54,946 nt of DNA, filler included, from Sphacelaria rigidula (GCA_964200075.2; 2 parts of 2 records of this genome joined end to end with filler, not necessarily neighbours in it); one strand, 5' to 3'. Positions 1 through 10,916 are shown, counted from the whole stretch's first letter. Numbers and translations are program-made. The notes: generated by a model from the sequence alone, not told the origin.

Positions 1-259
1 GTCTTCCGTGCAAGACAGATATGCCACTTCAGCCCCATATTTTGTATGAACCCCAAAATATAAAATCGGCTGTTAGGTGCTGCCAGTGACGACGAAGAAT
101 GAGCAGCGTCTTCACTTCTGCGTCAAACCAAAAAACATCGGCACCACGAGGCCTAGTCTTTTGTGTTGTTTGTCGGGTGTATTGTTTCATTTCACTCTTG
201 ACTTGCAGTCAGTGTTTTGTCTGCTCCGACTTTGCACAATGTGTATTGAGTCTATCATC

Positions 260-278
260 CGCTTTATTTTCGGAAGGC

Positions 279-310
<32 letters not shown>

Positions 311-620
311 TTTGTTGCTTTGGTGGCATAAACTTGCATAGAAAGTTAGTCATGGTGCTACAATCATTTGCTTGCGGATATGTATAGGACATTCTGCCGA
401 GGACGGAAATGGATGATTGGTAATTCTTGACACTAGCGAAAATGAATTGAATCGCTTTATTTTCAGAAAGGCACAGTTATCTGTTTGTTGCTTTGGTCGG
501 ACAGGGGACATGTAGGAATAAACTTGCATAAAAAGTTAGTATTTATTTGATATATATAGGACATTCTGCTGAGGACGGAAATGGATGATTGATAGTTCTT
601 GATACTAGAAAAAATGAATT
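260..620. repeat. Imperfect tandem duplication, period about 193 bp, with an (AT)n microsatellite at 279-304
   Basis: CGCTTTATTTTC at 260 and 453. Shared blocks ATAAACTTGCATA.AAAGTTAGT and TATAGGACATTCTGC.GAGGACGGAAATGGATGATTG. Confidence 0.85.
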
Positions 621-1468
621 TTTTGATGAGCATAAACGTATGCTACTTCTACAACAGGTTTGGCAATTTTTCATCGTTCTCAACAATGCGTAACTATACT
701 TAATGTCCACGGAAAAACTGGGACTGAAAGGTTTTTGTGGGAAATGATAACGTACCCAAAAATGAAAAACGGCGTTTTTCTTAGAAAGCGAACCGCGCCA
801 CTGCAACTCCCCAGAAAAAAATTCTCTCGATAGCGCTGTAGGTTTGTATCGCGGCTTTTGAATAAGCTGTTGCTCAAGCTACAGGTCCCCGCCATCGCCG
901 AGATGGCCAGCATCGCGACAAACAGCACCGCGACAAATGTTTCATCGCTCGGGGCCACGCAGATATAAAGGACATGGAAATATTTTGCTCTGCAATGAAC
1001 AACACCCGGAGACGTCGTCTCGATCGAAGACGTCGGGGCGGATGTATACAAACGGAGACGATGACGAAGCTGTATGTGTATCGACCCGACATTTCGGCTG
1101 GGAGTGATACGTCGGGGTACGGGGGAATGGCGAGCGATGATGCTGAGCGATTACGTGGCCGCCTCCGATGAGAAAAGATGGAGAAGGATTAATGCTTTCG
1201 TGTCGTAAAAGGTGAGGAACAAGAACAGTGCCGCGAAAACGGGACTGTAAACTATTTTAAGTACCTTGCTATTATATACTCTTCTCCCGAAAAACAGCGG
1301 CAGGATTTTTTTTGTGTGTCGGAAACAGAGTCTATCAACCCCTCCCCGCACACTGCGAGTCTTGACACGAGCGCGGGCGACAGGGGGCTGGGGGCGCCCT
1401 AAAACTTGGACCCGACGATCTGGGCCACAGCGAAGTGAGGGCTCACGCCTTGCATCGAGTAAAGAGGT

Positions 1469-1858
1469 ATGATTAGAGAAATGGCACACGGAGGACCCTC
1501 TGTAGATCTGATCTTCAGACACAGACTTGGCCTTCTGTCCGCATATCGACAAGAACGACTCCCCCACCCCTTCACCGACAGCAAATCTGTTGTTACGACT
1601 CCGAATGTGTGCATCGATCTTCGACAGCAACAACAATCAAGACAAAGCATGTCGCACTTCAATGGATTTGGATCGAGCGACACGGCAGAGTTGGGATCCG
1701 GAGCGGAAAATAATGCACCCCGCATTCGCCGCCGCCTCAGCCTCGGTCCGTCCATCACCGTCACCCGCTCGCGCGCCAAGAAGATCAGGCGCCTGAGCGA
1801 CTACCTGTCTCCGGGCCCCGCGAGCCCTAAGTCCAAGCTGGCTCTGCGTCGCATATAA
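1469..1858 (+). CDS. Hypothetical small basic protein, intronless, possibly viral
   Basis: 129-aa ORF with no recognisable motif. Confidence 0.25.
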   Translation: MIREMAHGGPSVDLIFRHRLGLLSAYRQERLPHPFTDSKSVVTTPNVCIDLRQQQQSRQSMSHFNGFGSSDTAELGSGAENNAPRIRRRLSLGPSITVTRSRAKKIRRLSDYLSPGPASPKSKLALRRI

Positions 1859-2244
1859 AACTACAACGCCTGATTCAGCTGGTGTTGTTGCGTTGGTGAT
1901 ATGCGCATTCAAATGTCGTGTGCATGCGTAAAATGTCTCGCCCGTTGTTGCGCCATAAACGAGTTTTCTGTTGATGCCAGCGCGTGCCGGGGTTTTCTGG
2001 AGTGACAGAGAGAGAGAGATCATCGGAGAATATATGTTTGTATTGAATATGTCGCAGTGTTTGATTGCGTCGATCCGCCGTGTGAAGAAGCGGAGGAGGA
2101 AGCTGTAGTATTACACAAGTCTCACTCTTCTTCCCGTTCCAGCCGCCCAACCGAGTCGACCGACAGAAGGCTGCATTTGCAGCCACCCGGCTTTGCACAT
2201 TGTTCCCGCATAGGTTTCCCACAAAAAATATGATTTAATTGGCA

Positions 2245-2429
2245 ACGTGGATGGTGTTTTATGTCAACCGGTTACGATCTCTCTACATTGTTCACCAATC
2301 TTGCTTATCCCTATAAGTTAGGGACTCAGCCAGATCGTCAACTATCTGTAGGCAATAAATTGCAGGAAAGAGGTTTCTGAGGCCTCTCGCCAGATCTCTA
2401 ATCGGGGTAACCATCCCGGGATACTCTGT
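2245..2429 (-). ncRNA. Putative Fanzor2 omegaRNA: scaffold about 2268-2429, guide from the flank about 2245-2267
   Basis: Lies between the TnpB stop and the right end. Hairpins at 2403-2418, 2369-2387, 2352-2363 and 2308-2324. Terminal stem 2332-2342 with 2271-2280. The 5' end is unknown. Confidence 0.7.
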
Positions 2430-4490
2430 TCATCCATAGTTCTTGATAAAAATACACCTGCTGCTGTGAATATCTCTGTCACAACTGTGCTTGCACTTTG
2501 GGTAGTTGAAAACCTCCTCCGAGGTCATCTTCCAATTGATAAACCCACACTTGTCACACAGCTTTGTTGTCAACTGTTCGGGTACAATTGCGACTCTTTT
2601 CCCGTGGTCATTCGCCGTGCTGATCAATCTCTGTCTGAACTGATAGTGTTTCAGACTAGCATGCAGAAGCTTCTGGTTCCTGTGCGACTTCGTCTTCATC
2701 ACTCCGTTTGACAGTCTGCCGACCATGATGACGTCAAAGGTTTTAACCAGATATAAGCAGACCTTGTTATGCATCTCATCGACCATGTTGGCGATCCTTT
2801 TGGATACCTTGCGCCACCCCTTGGTCAACTTGGACTTGGTCACTTTCAGTTTCCTGAGTCGCTCCCGTTTTTTTATACACCGTGAGAGTTTGCGTCCTGC
2901 TTCTTCTCCGATAAACCCGATGGCGCCATCGGGAGAATAAAACGATCCGAACTTCCGGGACCCCATATCCAAAGAAACAACCCGATGACCTTCAGCTTTC
3001 GGAGCGACAGCTGTTTGCCTGGTCACGGTCGCGTAATAAACCCCCCTGTCTTTGATGATCTCCGTTACAAGGCCGTCGGCCGGCCTCACTTCTTCTCCGA
3101 GAATGATATCGCCATCAAACTCCGTAAACGATAGCTGGAGACGAGAACCCTGTATACGAGAGTCTTTCTTCTGAAGACCGATCCTCTGTTCTTGAATAAA
3201 CTTGCTCCGGAAATGAAGAGAACCCTTTCCACGCGATTCCACACTTTTTTGTGATGTAGCGAACTGATCAACTGCTTTCTGTCTGACGTGCTCTGGTGTC
3301 CTCAAGGTTTTGTTCATCGTCGCACACATGGAACGTTTCCTGATCGCCTTGTCTCGAATTTCAGAAGTCGAAACACCCTCGATAAGCTTGCGAACACACT
3401 CGTTGTAGACCCTGCGGCTGTCGGACATGTACTTCACGAGAGTTTTTTTCTGTTCTTTCGTCGGATACAGCCGAATCTTCTTAGCACGAGTATAATGAGG
3501 CTCGATATCCGAAATTTTGTCTTGGATGACTTTCGTCAAGGCATCCTGCTCCGTGAGAAGCGCTTCCACACTGTCCTTGCTGGTCGGAGAGGGGTCGTCA
3601 AACTCGCGGATCGCTTGGCGGATCGAAATGTATTCGGCCATTTCAGTTTTCGAGAGGTTTTTGAGGAGCTTTTTTTTGTCGATGGAATTATGTGTGCGTG
3701 TTTTCTTGTCCATGGTTCTCTTCATCGTGTTATCATGTATGCTCTGAATCAGTTTGTCCATCCTTTGGTTTAGAAAGCCTAGCAAGTGGCGAATCAGGTG
3801 ATCCGAGCACGGCGAGATCTTGGCAATCCTTAGCTGAACCAGAACCAACTTGAGTTTCGCCGTGTTGAGAGCTCCCCGCTGTATCGCGTTTCCTTTTGCC
3901 GGTACTTCTTTTTCCATAGAGTCTCGAACTGAAAACGTGGATGACGGCCATGAGGTCCTCCATGAGCTCTGTCTCTGGTGAACCGTTTTCGTTTTGATTG
4001 AGAACCACGAGTTCTGTGTTGTTTTCGTCACAGACAAACTGGATAATTTCGAAAGCAAATCGGCACAGTCTGTCTTTGTAGGCAACCATGACGCGGTCGA
4101 CCTGTCCCTGCATGATGTGTCGAAGAAACTTTTTGAAGCCTTTCTTTTTGAAGTTGAGTCCGGATCCTGTGTCAGATAGTATCGATATCCCCGGGCAAGA
4201 ATCTCTGATGAACTGTTCTTGTCTCCCAAGATCCTCTTTCTGTTTAGCGGACGATACCCTTGCGTATCCGATGTCGGTCCGCGATGCCTTCCTTTTATCA
4301 TTCGCGAGACGTCTTGCACAAATTCGTGACTCCTCTGACCGGAGCGCTTGCGTTTGTTTGAAGGTTTCGATGTCGTAAAGACGTTGACCACCCGGGGTTC
4401 TAATCGTTGGTATGGCTTCAAGCTTATCCCATCGCCTGAGGGTGGCGTTGGAGACTCCAAGACATTCGATGGCAGTTGCGGTGTTGACAT
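2430..4490 (-). CDS. tnpB: Fanzor2 / TnpB RNA-guided nuclease. Likely start MEKEVP at 3917 (495 aa); the frame stays open to ATG 4490 (686 aa)
   Basis: OrfB HTH-like KKIRLYPTKEQ..SRRVYN; RuvC-I VSLDMG; RuvC-II VPEQLTTKLCDKCG; RuvC-III DRDIHSSRCI. The second Zn pair reads YPKC. Confidence 0.95.
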   Translation of the reverse strand: MSTPQLPSNVLESPTPPSGDGISLKPYQRLEPRVVNVFTTSKPSNKRKRSGQRSHEFVQDVSRMIKGRHRGPTSDTQGYRPLNRKRILGDKNSSSEILARGYRYYLTQDPDSTSKRKASKSFFDTSCRDRSTASWLPTKTDCADLLSKLSSLSVTKTTQNSWFSIKTKTVHQRQSSWRTSWPSSTFSVRDSMEKEVPAKGNAIQRGALNTAKLKLVLVQLRIAKISPCSDHLIRHLLGFLNQRMDKLIQSIHDNTMKRTMDKKTRTHNSIDKKKLLKNLSKTEMAEYISIRQAIREFDDPSPTSKDSVEALLTEQDALTKVIQDKISDIEPHYTRAKKIRLYPTKEQKKTLVKYMSDSRRVYNECVRKLIEGVSTSEIRDKAIRKRSMCATMNKTLRTPEHVRQKAVDQFATSQKSVESRGKGSLHFRSKFIQEQRIGLQKKDSRIQGSRLQLSFTEFDGDIILGEEVRPADGLVTEIIKDRGVYYATVTRQTAVAPKAEGHRVVSLDMGSRKFGSFYSPDGAIGFIGEEAGRKLSRCIKKRERLRKLKVTKSKLTKGWRKVSKRIANMVDEMHNKVCLYLVKTFDVIMVGRLSNGVMKTKSHRNQKLLHASLKHYQFRQRLISTANDHGKRVAIVPEQLTTKLCDKCGFINWKMTSEEVFNYPKCKHSCDRDIHSSRCIFIKNYG

Positions 4491-4497
4491 ATGTCAT
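3733..4497 (-). CDS. tnpA: IS607 serine recombinase TnpA
   Basis: MerR-like HTH LGVSNATLRRWD..RTPGGQRLY; catalytic GYARVSS; DTGSGLNF; YKDRLCRF; FSSRLYG. Start taken as ATG 4497. Confidence 0.97.
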   Translation of the reverse strand: MTYVNTATAIECLGVSNATLRRWDKLEAIPTIRTPGGQRLYDIETFKQTQALRSEESRICARRLANDKRKASRTDIGYARVSSAKQKEDLGRQEQFIRDSCPGISILSDTGSGLNFKKKGFKKFLRHIMQGQVDRVMVAYKDRLCRFAFEIIQFVCDENNTELVVLNQNENGSPETELMEDLMAVIHVFSSRLYGKRSTGKRKRDTAGSSQHGETQVGSGSAKDCQDLAVLGSPDSPLARLSKPKDGQTDSEHT

Positions 4498-4802
4498 GAC
4501 GTCCGTATATAGACATAAAACAAAATAAATCGTCGATTTCGTACGCACAACGAACATGTATAGAAAACTATGATTATTAGCGTCAACCTTTATTCACCTG
4601 CGAGACAGAGGGCCATGTCGTGTTGTGAGCGACGTTGTTGCTCCGGTATTTGCCTATCCTGAATGGCGTAATATCAACTGCTTGTTGGCCCGCCGGAAAG
4701 CTAGTACTGCTGCTGTAGAAGATCCGTCAAACGTTAATCATATGTTCACGCAAAACAGTTGTGCTGGATGCGCATGGTGTGCCGTTCACAACCCTCCTCG
4801 AC

Positions 4803-5345
4803 ATGAGCAACCTGCACTAATTCGCTTCGACGGGTACCGTGGAAAGTGTGATAGATCTACTTTCGAAGAAATCGACCGACATCGAAGAACGCCGACGCCA
4901 TGATGACAACGGGTGGACTCCTTTCATGGTCGCCGCCGAAAGGGGCTACTTACGCATAGTGAGAGTTCTTCTGCGACACGGGGCTCGTGTGTCCGCGAGT
5001 ACTGAGAATGGACACACCGCCTTGCACATTTCGATACAAAACAAACACCTGGCCGTATCAAAGACATTGATCAGGGCCGGCGCAGACCTTGAAGCCAATG
5101 CAACTTGCTGCACACGGGGCCCAGGAAAGATCGGAGGTTATACTCCTCTCCACCTGGCCGCGGACATAGGGTTCTGCGAAGGAATGATGGCCCTGATCGG
5201 CGCCGGTGCAAACATCGACAGCTACTTGAACAACGGGGCTACACCGCTGTACTTGTCGGCATGCTGCGGAAAGTTAGAAGCGCTCAGGGTTCTCATTCGC
5301 GCGGGAGCTGACCCACTACTTCCAATACGAAGTGCTTCGAGGTGA
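4803..5345 (+). pseudogene. Ankyrin-repeat protein, phaeovirus-like; premature stop and 3' truncation
   Basis: GWTPFMVAA, GHTALH, GYTPLHLAA and GATPLYLSA repeats. In-frame upstream MSNLH*FASTGTVESVIDLL has TAA at 4818-4820. Runs into the gag remnant near 5335. Confidence 0.88.
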
Positions 5346-6505
5346 GCCTCAGGTCGCCACTCAAGCGCGGAAGCCAGAATGAGGTTGAGGCTCTCGGCTG
5401 CGGCACCACGAACAAACAGGCCTAGGTTTTGGATGGCGCGGTAGTCTATCGTCTCTTGGGACACGTTGCATGATCCGATTGAACCAGACAGGATGGCAAT
5501 GCGCGCTCAGTACAAAGCCATTTTTTCCGGGATATCTTCCTGTGGCAGACCCTCTAGTTTCAGGTCAGCGGGTATGTCTGTCTGCTTGAGTTGGAACTTA
5601 GCGTTTTCGAGGCTTCGGCGTTCCACAGGCATAATCGTGTCTGTGCGGACAGGCGTAGTGCTTCGGTGTTCCACAGGCATGTTCATGTCTGTGCAGACAG
5701 GCGTTGTGCTTGGTGGTAGCGGCGAGTTTGACTCAGCAAGGCTCGAGTGTGTTTCGGTTGTGGTTCTGGCACTTCCGGGCGCCGGAGAAACAGTGCTGGT
5801 ATTGCTGCTGCTGGCCGGGGTAACTCGATTTTTTCCGGCAGCACCTACCAGGCCTTGACCTCGTTTTTCGGTAGCACCTACCAGGCCGGATCCTCGTGAT
5901 GAGGTCGGTTCGGCTGCTAAGTCTATCGCAAGGTTAGTTGGGTTCACCTGTTCCATTAGTCCGTGCTGGGAGGCGGGGTCTTCTACTCCAATGAGCTTGA
6001 AAACCCAAGCCGGCGGTTCGGTCCCATCCTTGTGCGCTTTTTCGAGGCTGCGCGCGATGAATTTCTGGAGATACTTGGGGGTTCCTCTCGTGGCTGGTGG
6101 GTTGGGGGTCGTCGTTTTGTAGTGAACGACCTCCTCTTCCTCCTCCTCCTCCTCCTCATCAGAGCCGCTGTCGTCGTCATCCGACGAGGCGGAGGAGCCA
6201 GAGCTAGAGCCAGAGCTATCCTCGTTTTCATCAGGATTAGCTTGGTTGGCTTGAGGTTGCGAGCTAGAAGAAGAAGCGGATCCTCCCTGGTTCGTGGCCA
6301 GGGTCGCGGGTAAGGTGCTCGTCGGGGTAGCTTTTCTCTTCCCTCCGTGTGTTACCTCCGTCCACACATCCGCAGCACCATCTTCGTGAGATGGGTTCCG
6401 CGGTGGATCCGGGTGTGCTGCCGGCTGCTGGGCGGCGGCTGGTTTACCAGCCGGCACCCGCTAGGCCGGAGTCCCCTGGGCTTTTTTCTTGCCGGGTTTG
6501 GGCAT
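5335..6505 (-). pseudogene. Gag-like low-complexity ORF with two in-frame stops
   Basis: MPKPGKKKAQGTPA*RVPAGKP...KMALY*ARIAIL...; ORFs 5507..6457 and 5222..5464 share one frame. Stops at 6461-6463 and 5507-5509. Confidence 0.55.
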
Positions 6506-6907
6506 CTTGGTATCTGCACGCCAAACACGGTTCTTCGTTGAAGCCAATGTAGATGGGTGCTCGTACGTGAGTCTGGCGTGAGGTCGGTGATGATAACGTA
6601 CACCACTGAGGACGGGGAGTGATAACGTTCACTCCCAAACGAGGTTATCTTCTTCCGTAGATGTGGCGAGGAATGCCAGGCTACGACCGTGTTCTCGGAC
6701 GTGACCAAGGGTAAGGTTGAGAGTGGGGCACGGCGCCTTTCGTGGGCTTCGCCTTCCACCCCAAGATCCATGTTCCGCAGCTCGTGGCGGCGGCGGACCT
6801 TGAGTAAAGAGCCAGATTATGGCGTCATGTCCATCATATGTCTGAGATCCTACTCTTGTGTATGTGTGTATATATTTGTATAATGATGCCACGGCTTGGC
6901 TTCCACA
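5335..6907 (-). mobile_element. 5' remnant of an LTR retrotransposon (LTR 6548-6907, PBS-like 6536-6547, gag-like ORF)
   Basis: Minus strand reads TGTGGA...TCTACA (360 bp), then TTGGCTTCAACG, then ATG 6505. No pol or second LTR seen. Confidence 0.6.
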
Positions 6908-7124
6908 TTTGCGGCATTTACTATGTCGTCAATCGAAAGTAGTGGAACGCTTTGATCCTGCCTTTTTTCAGGACCAACCTATGGGCACCTGGCGGGGCTT
7001 CAGATACGGGCAGTCTGGTTCAAGTTTTTAATTTAATGGAGGCGGGTCGCACGATGACCCACTGTTTCCATTATTGTAAAGTTAAGCAATTGGAAAGTTA
7101 AATGTTTCGAAAGCGTAGACAAAA

Positions 7125-8213
7125 ATGACTTACTCGACTCATCACGAAATTTACGATGCCTTTAAAAAACGCGACAAACAGTGGATGCAACGACGCCGTA
7201 AATTAGATACATCTTCCCTTTTCTATACTCTCACAAAGTGCTGTATTCAAGAGAGAGGTGTTCATCACATTTTGCGGATGGGTGATGAACAGTACTCTTC
7301 GCAGGCGCTTCACTCGACCAGGAAGAAACTTCCTCCGGGCGCTTTCAAAGAAGTAAATCGGTTCTTACATCGAGGACCACATGAACCACGAACTTTTGCC
7401 GTTGACGGCTCAAGAGTCCACGTCCACCCTTCCTTTATCAACGCTGGATACAAGACTAGGACGAAAGACAAGCCCGTACCGCGTCCTGCTAAACGACCGC
7501 TCGTCATGCTCTCTTCGATGGTAGATGTGAAAACCAAAGCGTGTGTAGACTTTGAGCTCACGAAGCACTTCAACGAGAGGAAGGCAGCCGTATCGATGCT
7601 CCGGAGTGTGCGAAAAGATGACACATTGCTGTTCGACCGAGGCTATTATTCCAAAAGCTTGCTACAGAGAGTTCACGACTCGCATGCGTTTGGGGTTTGG
7701 AGACTCAAGATTAATGCGTTCAAGGGAACCAGATCGTTTTTCAACTCGTGGAGAACAGAAGCGATGTGTCTCATTTCTGGGGTCAAGGCACGCTTTCTCA
7801 AATATTTCATCAACGGAAGGACCTACGTCTGTCTAACGAACAACCCGTCTTTGTCCCGGAGAGACGTCAAGGACATGTACGCCTCGAGGTGGAGGGTGGA
7901 GGAGAGCTTCAAGCGACTAAAATCCAACCTCAAGCTCGAAAAAGCCCACGCTAGAACTCTTGCTCTGTACATCCAGGAAATAGAGGCGCGGGTGTTACTC
8001 GACACTATCACACTGAGGTTACAGAGGAAAATAAATGAGCCATCCTACATTTATACACTTGACACGTATGTGACACACATTCTTCGGAACGTGAAAACGG
8101 TTTCAGGCCAAACGCAATTGGTCAATCAAAATCACTTGCATTCTAATGTAAACAGGAAACCGTGGGCAAGAAAAGCACGTCCCCTGTCCTCACAACTTCG
8201 AGGTCCACGGTAA
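7125..8213 (+). CDS. IS4-family DDE transposase
   Basis: FAVDGS (D), LLFDRGYYS (D) and YASRWRVEESFKRLK (the IS4 YREK signature). ORF intact. Confidence 0.96.
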   Translation: MTYSTHHEIYDAFKKRDKQWMQRRRKLDTSSLFYTLTKCCIQERGVHHILRMGDEQYSSQALHSTRKKLPPGAFKEVNRFLHRGPHEPRTFAVDGSRVHVHPSFINAGYKTRTKDKPVPRPAKRPLVMLSSMVDVKTKACVDFELTKHFNERKAAVSMLRSVRKDDTLLFDRGYYSKSLLQRVHDSHAFGVWRLKINAFKGTRSFFNSWRTEAMCLISGVKARFLKYFINGRTYVCLTNNPSLSRRDVKDMYASRWRVEESFKRLKSNLKLEKAHARTLALYIQEIEARVLLDTITLRLQRKINEPSYIYTLDTYVTHILRNVKTVSGQTQLVNQNHLHSNVNRKPWARKARPLSSQLRGPR

Positions 8214-8219
8214 AACAAT

Positions 8220-10916
8220 ATGGCATCAACAAAACACGCAAAGGACGACGACTCGAATCGCAAACGAAAACGGACGACCACCAAATCAACGGACAAAGCC
8301 ACTGAGGATGACGAAGAGGAATCTTCCAACATCCACATCAAACAAGAGCTCGACAAATGGGCCGACATAAGAGGGATCAAGAACAGAGGGACGCGAATCC
8401 GGTCCGTCACGTCTTCCATGGACGCTTGTGTTCGGGAAGATGTTCCGGGCAAGGGTGCCCTTCTCCATCAAATCGACAAGGCCGCCAGGTCTCTCGGTAT
8501 CCTTCGCCACCTCGTCTCTGTTTGCTTGAACGTACTCGCTGAAAAGGATCCCTCTAATCCACTCATTTTCAATAGGACATTCATACAGCAGCTTTTCACT
8601 CGCATGTCGGGAAATGAGCTGAACAGCCGTGCTACGAAACTGGAGCACCCCGACCTCAACAAGTATCTCGAGGAACACGAGATGGACGAAGACACGATCC
8701 GCGAGGTTGAAAAGTTCCCTCTTCGATGCCGAGACGCTATGTGTGGTGAGATGTTGAGCTCCATCAAGAAACACGTGTCCGGTAACTTCAGGGTTAGAGC
8801 TACCGAGCACATCGCATGCGAGCTGGAGAGAAGACTGTGGTCGTTCCGTGATGATCAACACTTCTGGACAAACCTCTCGGGGGCGGCCAATCGACTGTAC
8901 GAGAGTGCGGGACAGAAGACTCTGGAAAAAGCTTTGTCCATGATACACGCATTCACGGATAAGGAGAGAGGGAAAAGCAATGAACAACTTCGCCCCGACT
9001 GGAGACAGGTTTTGGAAGAACTTCTGCCGGAGTACAGGGCTCTCTTCGAAACCCTACGTTCGACAAGAACTCGTCCGAAACATCCTCCGAAGCATCCAAG
9101 GACGGAGGAGCAGATGACCGGGACGGAAGACTTTTTTTACAACATCAAGGCCAAGATGAACGACGTGTTGAAAATCGAAGCAATGTTCCGGGAGTCCGAC
9201 TTCAACCTGCGACAGAGAAGAGGCGAAATTTGGTCCGAGATCTCTGAGAGACAGTCGTCCATCAAGCCGTCCACGACCAAAGAGGGGTTTGTGAACCAGC
9301 AGCATCTTCTTCTGGCCGTACCAAGACCCTCTTGGTTCGACGACGGCACAAAGATGAGCAAGAAAGACGCGACAAATCTCCCGAGAGACGTTTCTAACGC
9401 CCGGAAAGAGATCTGGAAGGTCACGAGAGAACCGGGGACGGAAAACCCCCCCAAATCTTTCTCTCTTCTACCACACTTCTCTCTGACAAGAGCATTCGTC
9501 AAGTACGACGACTGCAGCATCGGTACGCTTGCAAAGTTCCTTCTCATCACAGGGAAAGGTCCCAACTTGAAGACGGAGGGGGTGGCCAATGCCGGATGAT
9601 CCAAGAGACTCTGGTGGTCAGGAATGTTCGATTTTCACACGGAGAGAGTCTCCAAGAGACGCCCGAAAACCCGGAAACGTCCCACGAGTGGAAGGCGCAA
9701 AGTTCTTCGCGCCAAGAACCGCTTCCGGAAAGGAATCAGTGTGTGCACGAAAGATCCTTGGTTTACCGACGATCTTCTGTACGTGGCCAAGAGAGACGAC
9801 CCCGCCTGCAGAACACCATGGCTCGTCAATTCCATTTCAACAGACGGTCTTCAGGTCAAAGTATGTCTAGCTACTGTTGCCAAGACCGATCCTCTGCCCC
9901 GGGGAATCAAAGAACTTGTGAAGAAGGGATATTCTAGTCTGCCCGACGTCGGTCTCAACTTCTCCAGGTTTTCAAAGGGTGCCTTCAACAAAGCCAGGAA
10001 ACTGAGCGGCAAGGAGAAGTCTGCGCTGTCTACCGAAAACAGCATCGAGGTCGTCGGTCTTGACCCTGGACAAGTGTCTATCTACGCGACAGTGAGGGCA
10101 AACGTAACATCCGCAGACGTAACATCTTCGGAGGGGTTCACCTCTTCTTCTTCCAGGGGTTCGAAAGCTTCGTTTTCCTCCCGGGAGTACCGCCACCAGT
10201 CTCTCTCTAGATTCGGTGCAAAGGCGGAGACTACACGGAGGCATCAGAATGTTGAATACGGACAAGACATTCAAGCCTTTGACCCCGTGTCGTTGAAACA
10301 ACCGGGTTATTCGTCGGCATATGCTGATGTAACCTATTCGACGCTCAGTGTGAGGATAGACGAACTTCTGTCAGAGGAGCGTAGACTAAAGAGGTTTGCG
10401 AGGCTTCGAGCGAGACAACGTGCCGTTGATGGAATGGCAAGGAATATCGCTTACGGTAATTCGTACAAAAACGAGGTCAGGAGGGCAGGGCGATCTTCCA
10501 ACGAGACAATGTCTCTCGAGGGAAGGAGAGAGTTGCTTCGGAATATCAGAGACAAGAGAAGAGTCGTTCTATTTGGGAATGGTCAGTTTGGTCATGGTGC
10601 GAGGGGACCGTGTCCAAGAAAGGCATTGATTAGAGCTTTGGGCGTACTCTGTCCGGTCTTGATTGTCGACGAGTTTCGCACGTCCAAGTGCTGCTGTGGT
10701 TGTGGCACACCACTCAAGCAAGTGGGTGGTTCTCGGGTGTTTCGCTGTGAACGCCAAACGGACGAGGGCCGAGCTTGCCCCGTGGGAAAGATCGATAGGG
10801 ATACGAATGGTTCGGTGAACATAGGAGCTTCTAGGGTTAGAGAGACCGTCGTATCTTTGTCGTTCGTCCAGCGGGGACTAGTGTGTTTAGACACACTTTC
10901 CGAATTTTCTACCTAG
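8220..10916 (+). pseudogene. Fanzor1 nuclease, 898 codons, with a single in-frame TGA at 9597-9599
   Basis: ORFs 8220..9599 and 9624..10916 are the same frame (ANAG*SKRLWWSGMFDF). Motifs ISTDG, VVGLDPG (D), VDEFRTSKCCCGC (E plus Zn) and IDRDTNGSVNI (D). Confidence 0.92.

Larger units (their letters stand above)
2263..4588 (-). mobile_element. IS607-family element (TnpA serine recombinase + Fanzor2/TnpB)
   Basis: Overlapping tnpA-tnpB pair, no TIRs. Bounded by the direct 7-mer GTCAACC (GGTTGAC on minus, containing the IS607 GG core) at 2263-2269 and 4582-4588. Confidence 0.88.

Noticed and set aside
2263-4588. IStron (group I intron) around the IS607 element
   Set aside because: Only about 90 nt lie between the left end and the tnpA start, leaving no room for an intron core.
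9589-9937. Programmed frameshift or selenocysteine recoding in Fanzor1
   Set aside because: Both halves share a frame and no recoding signal was recognised. A nonsense mutation is simpler.
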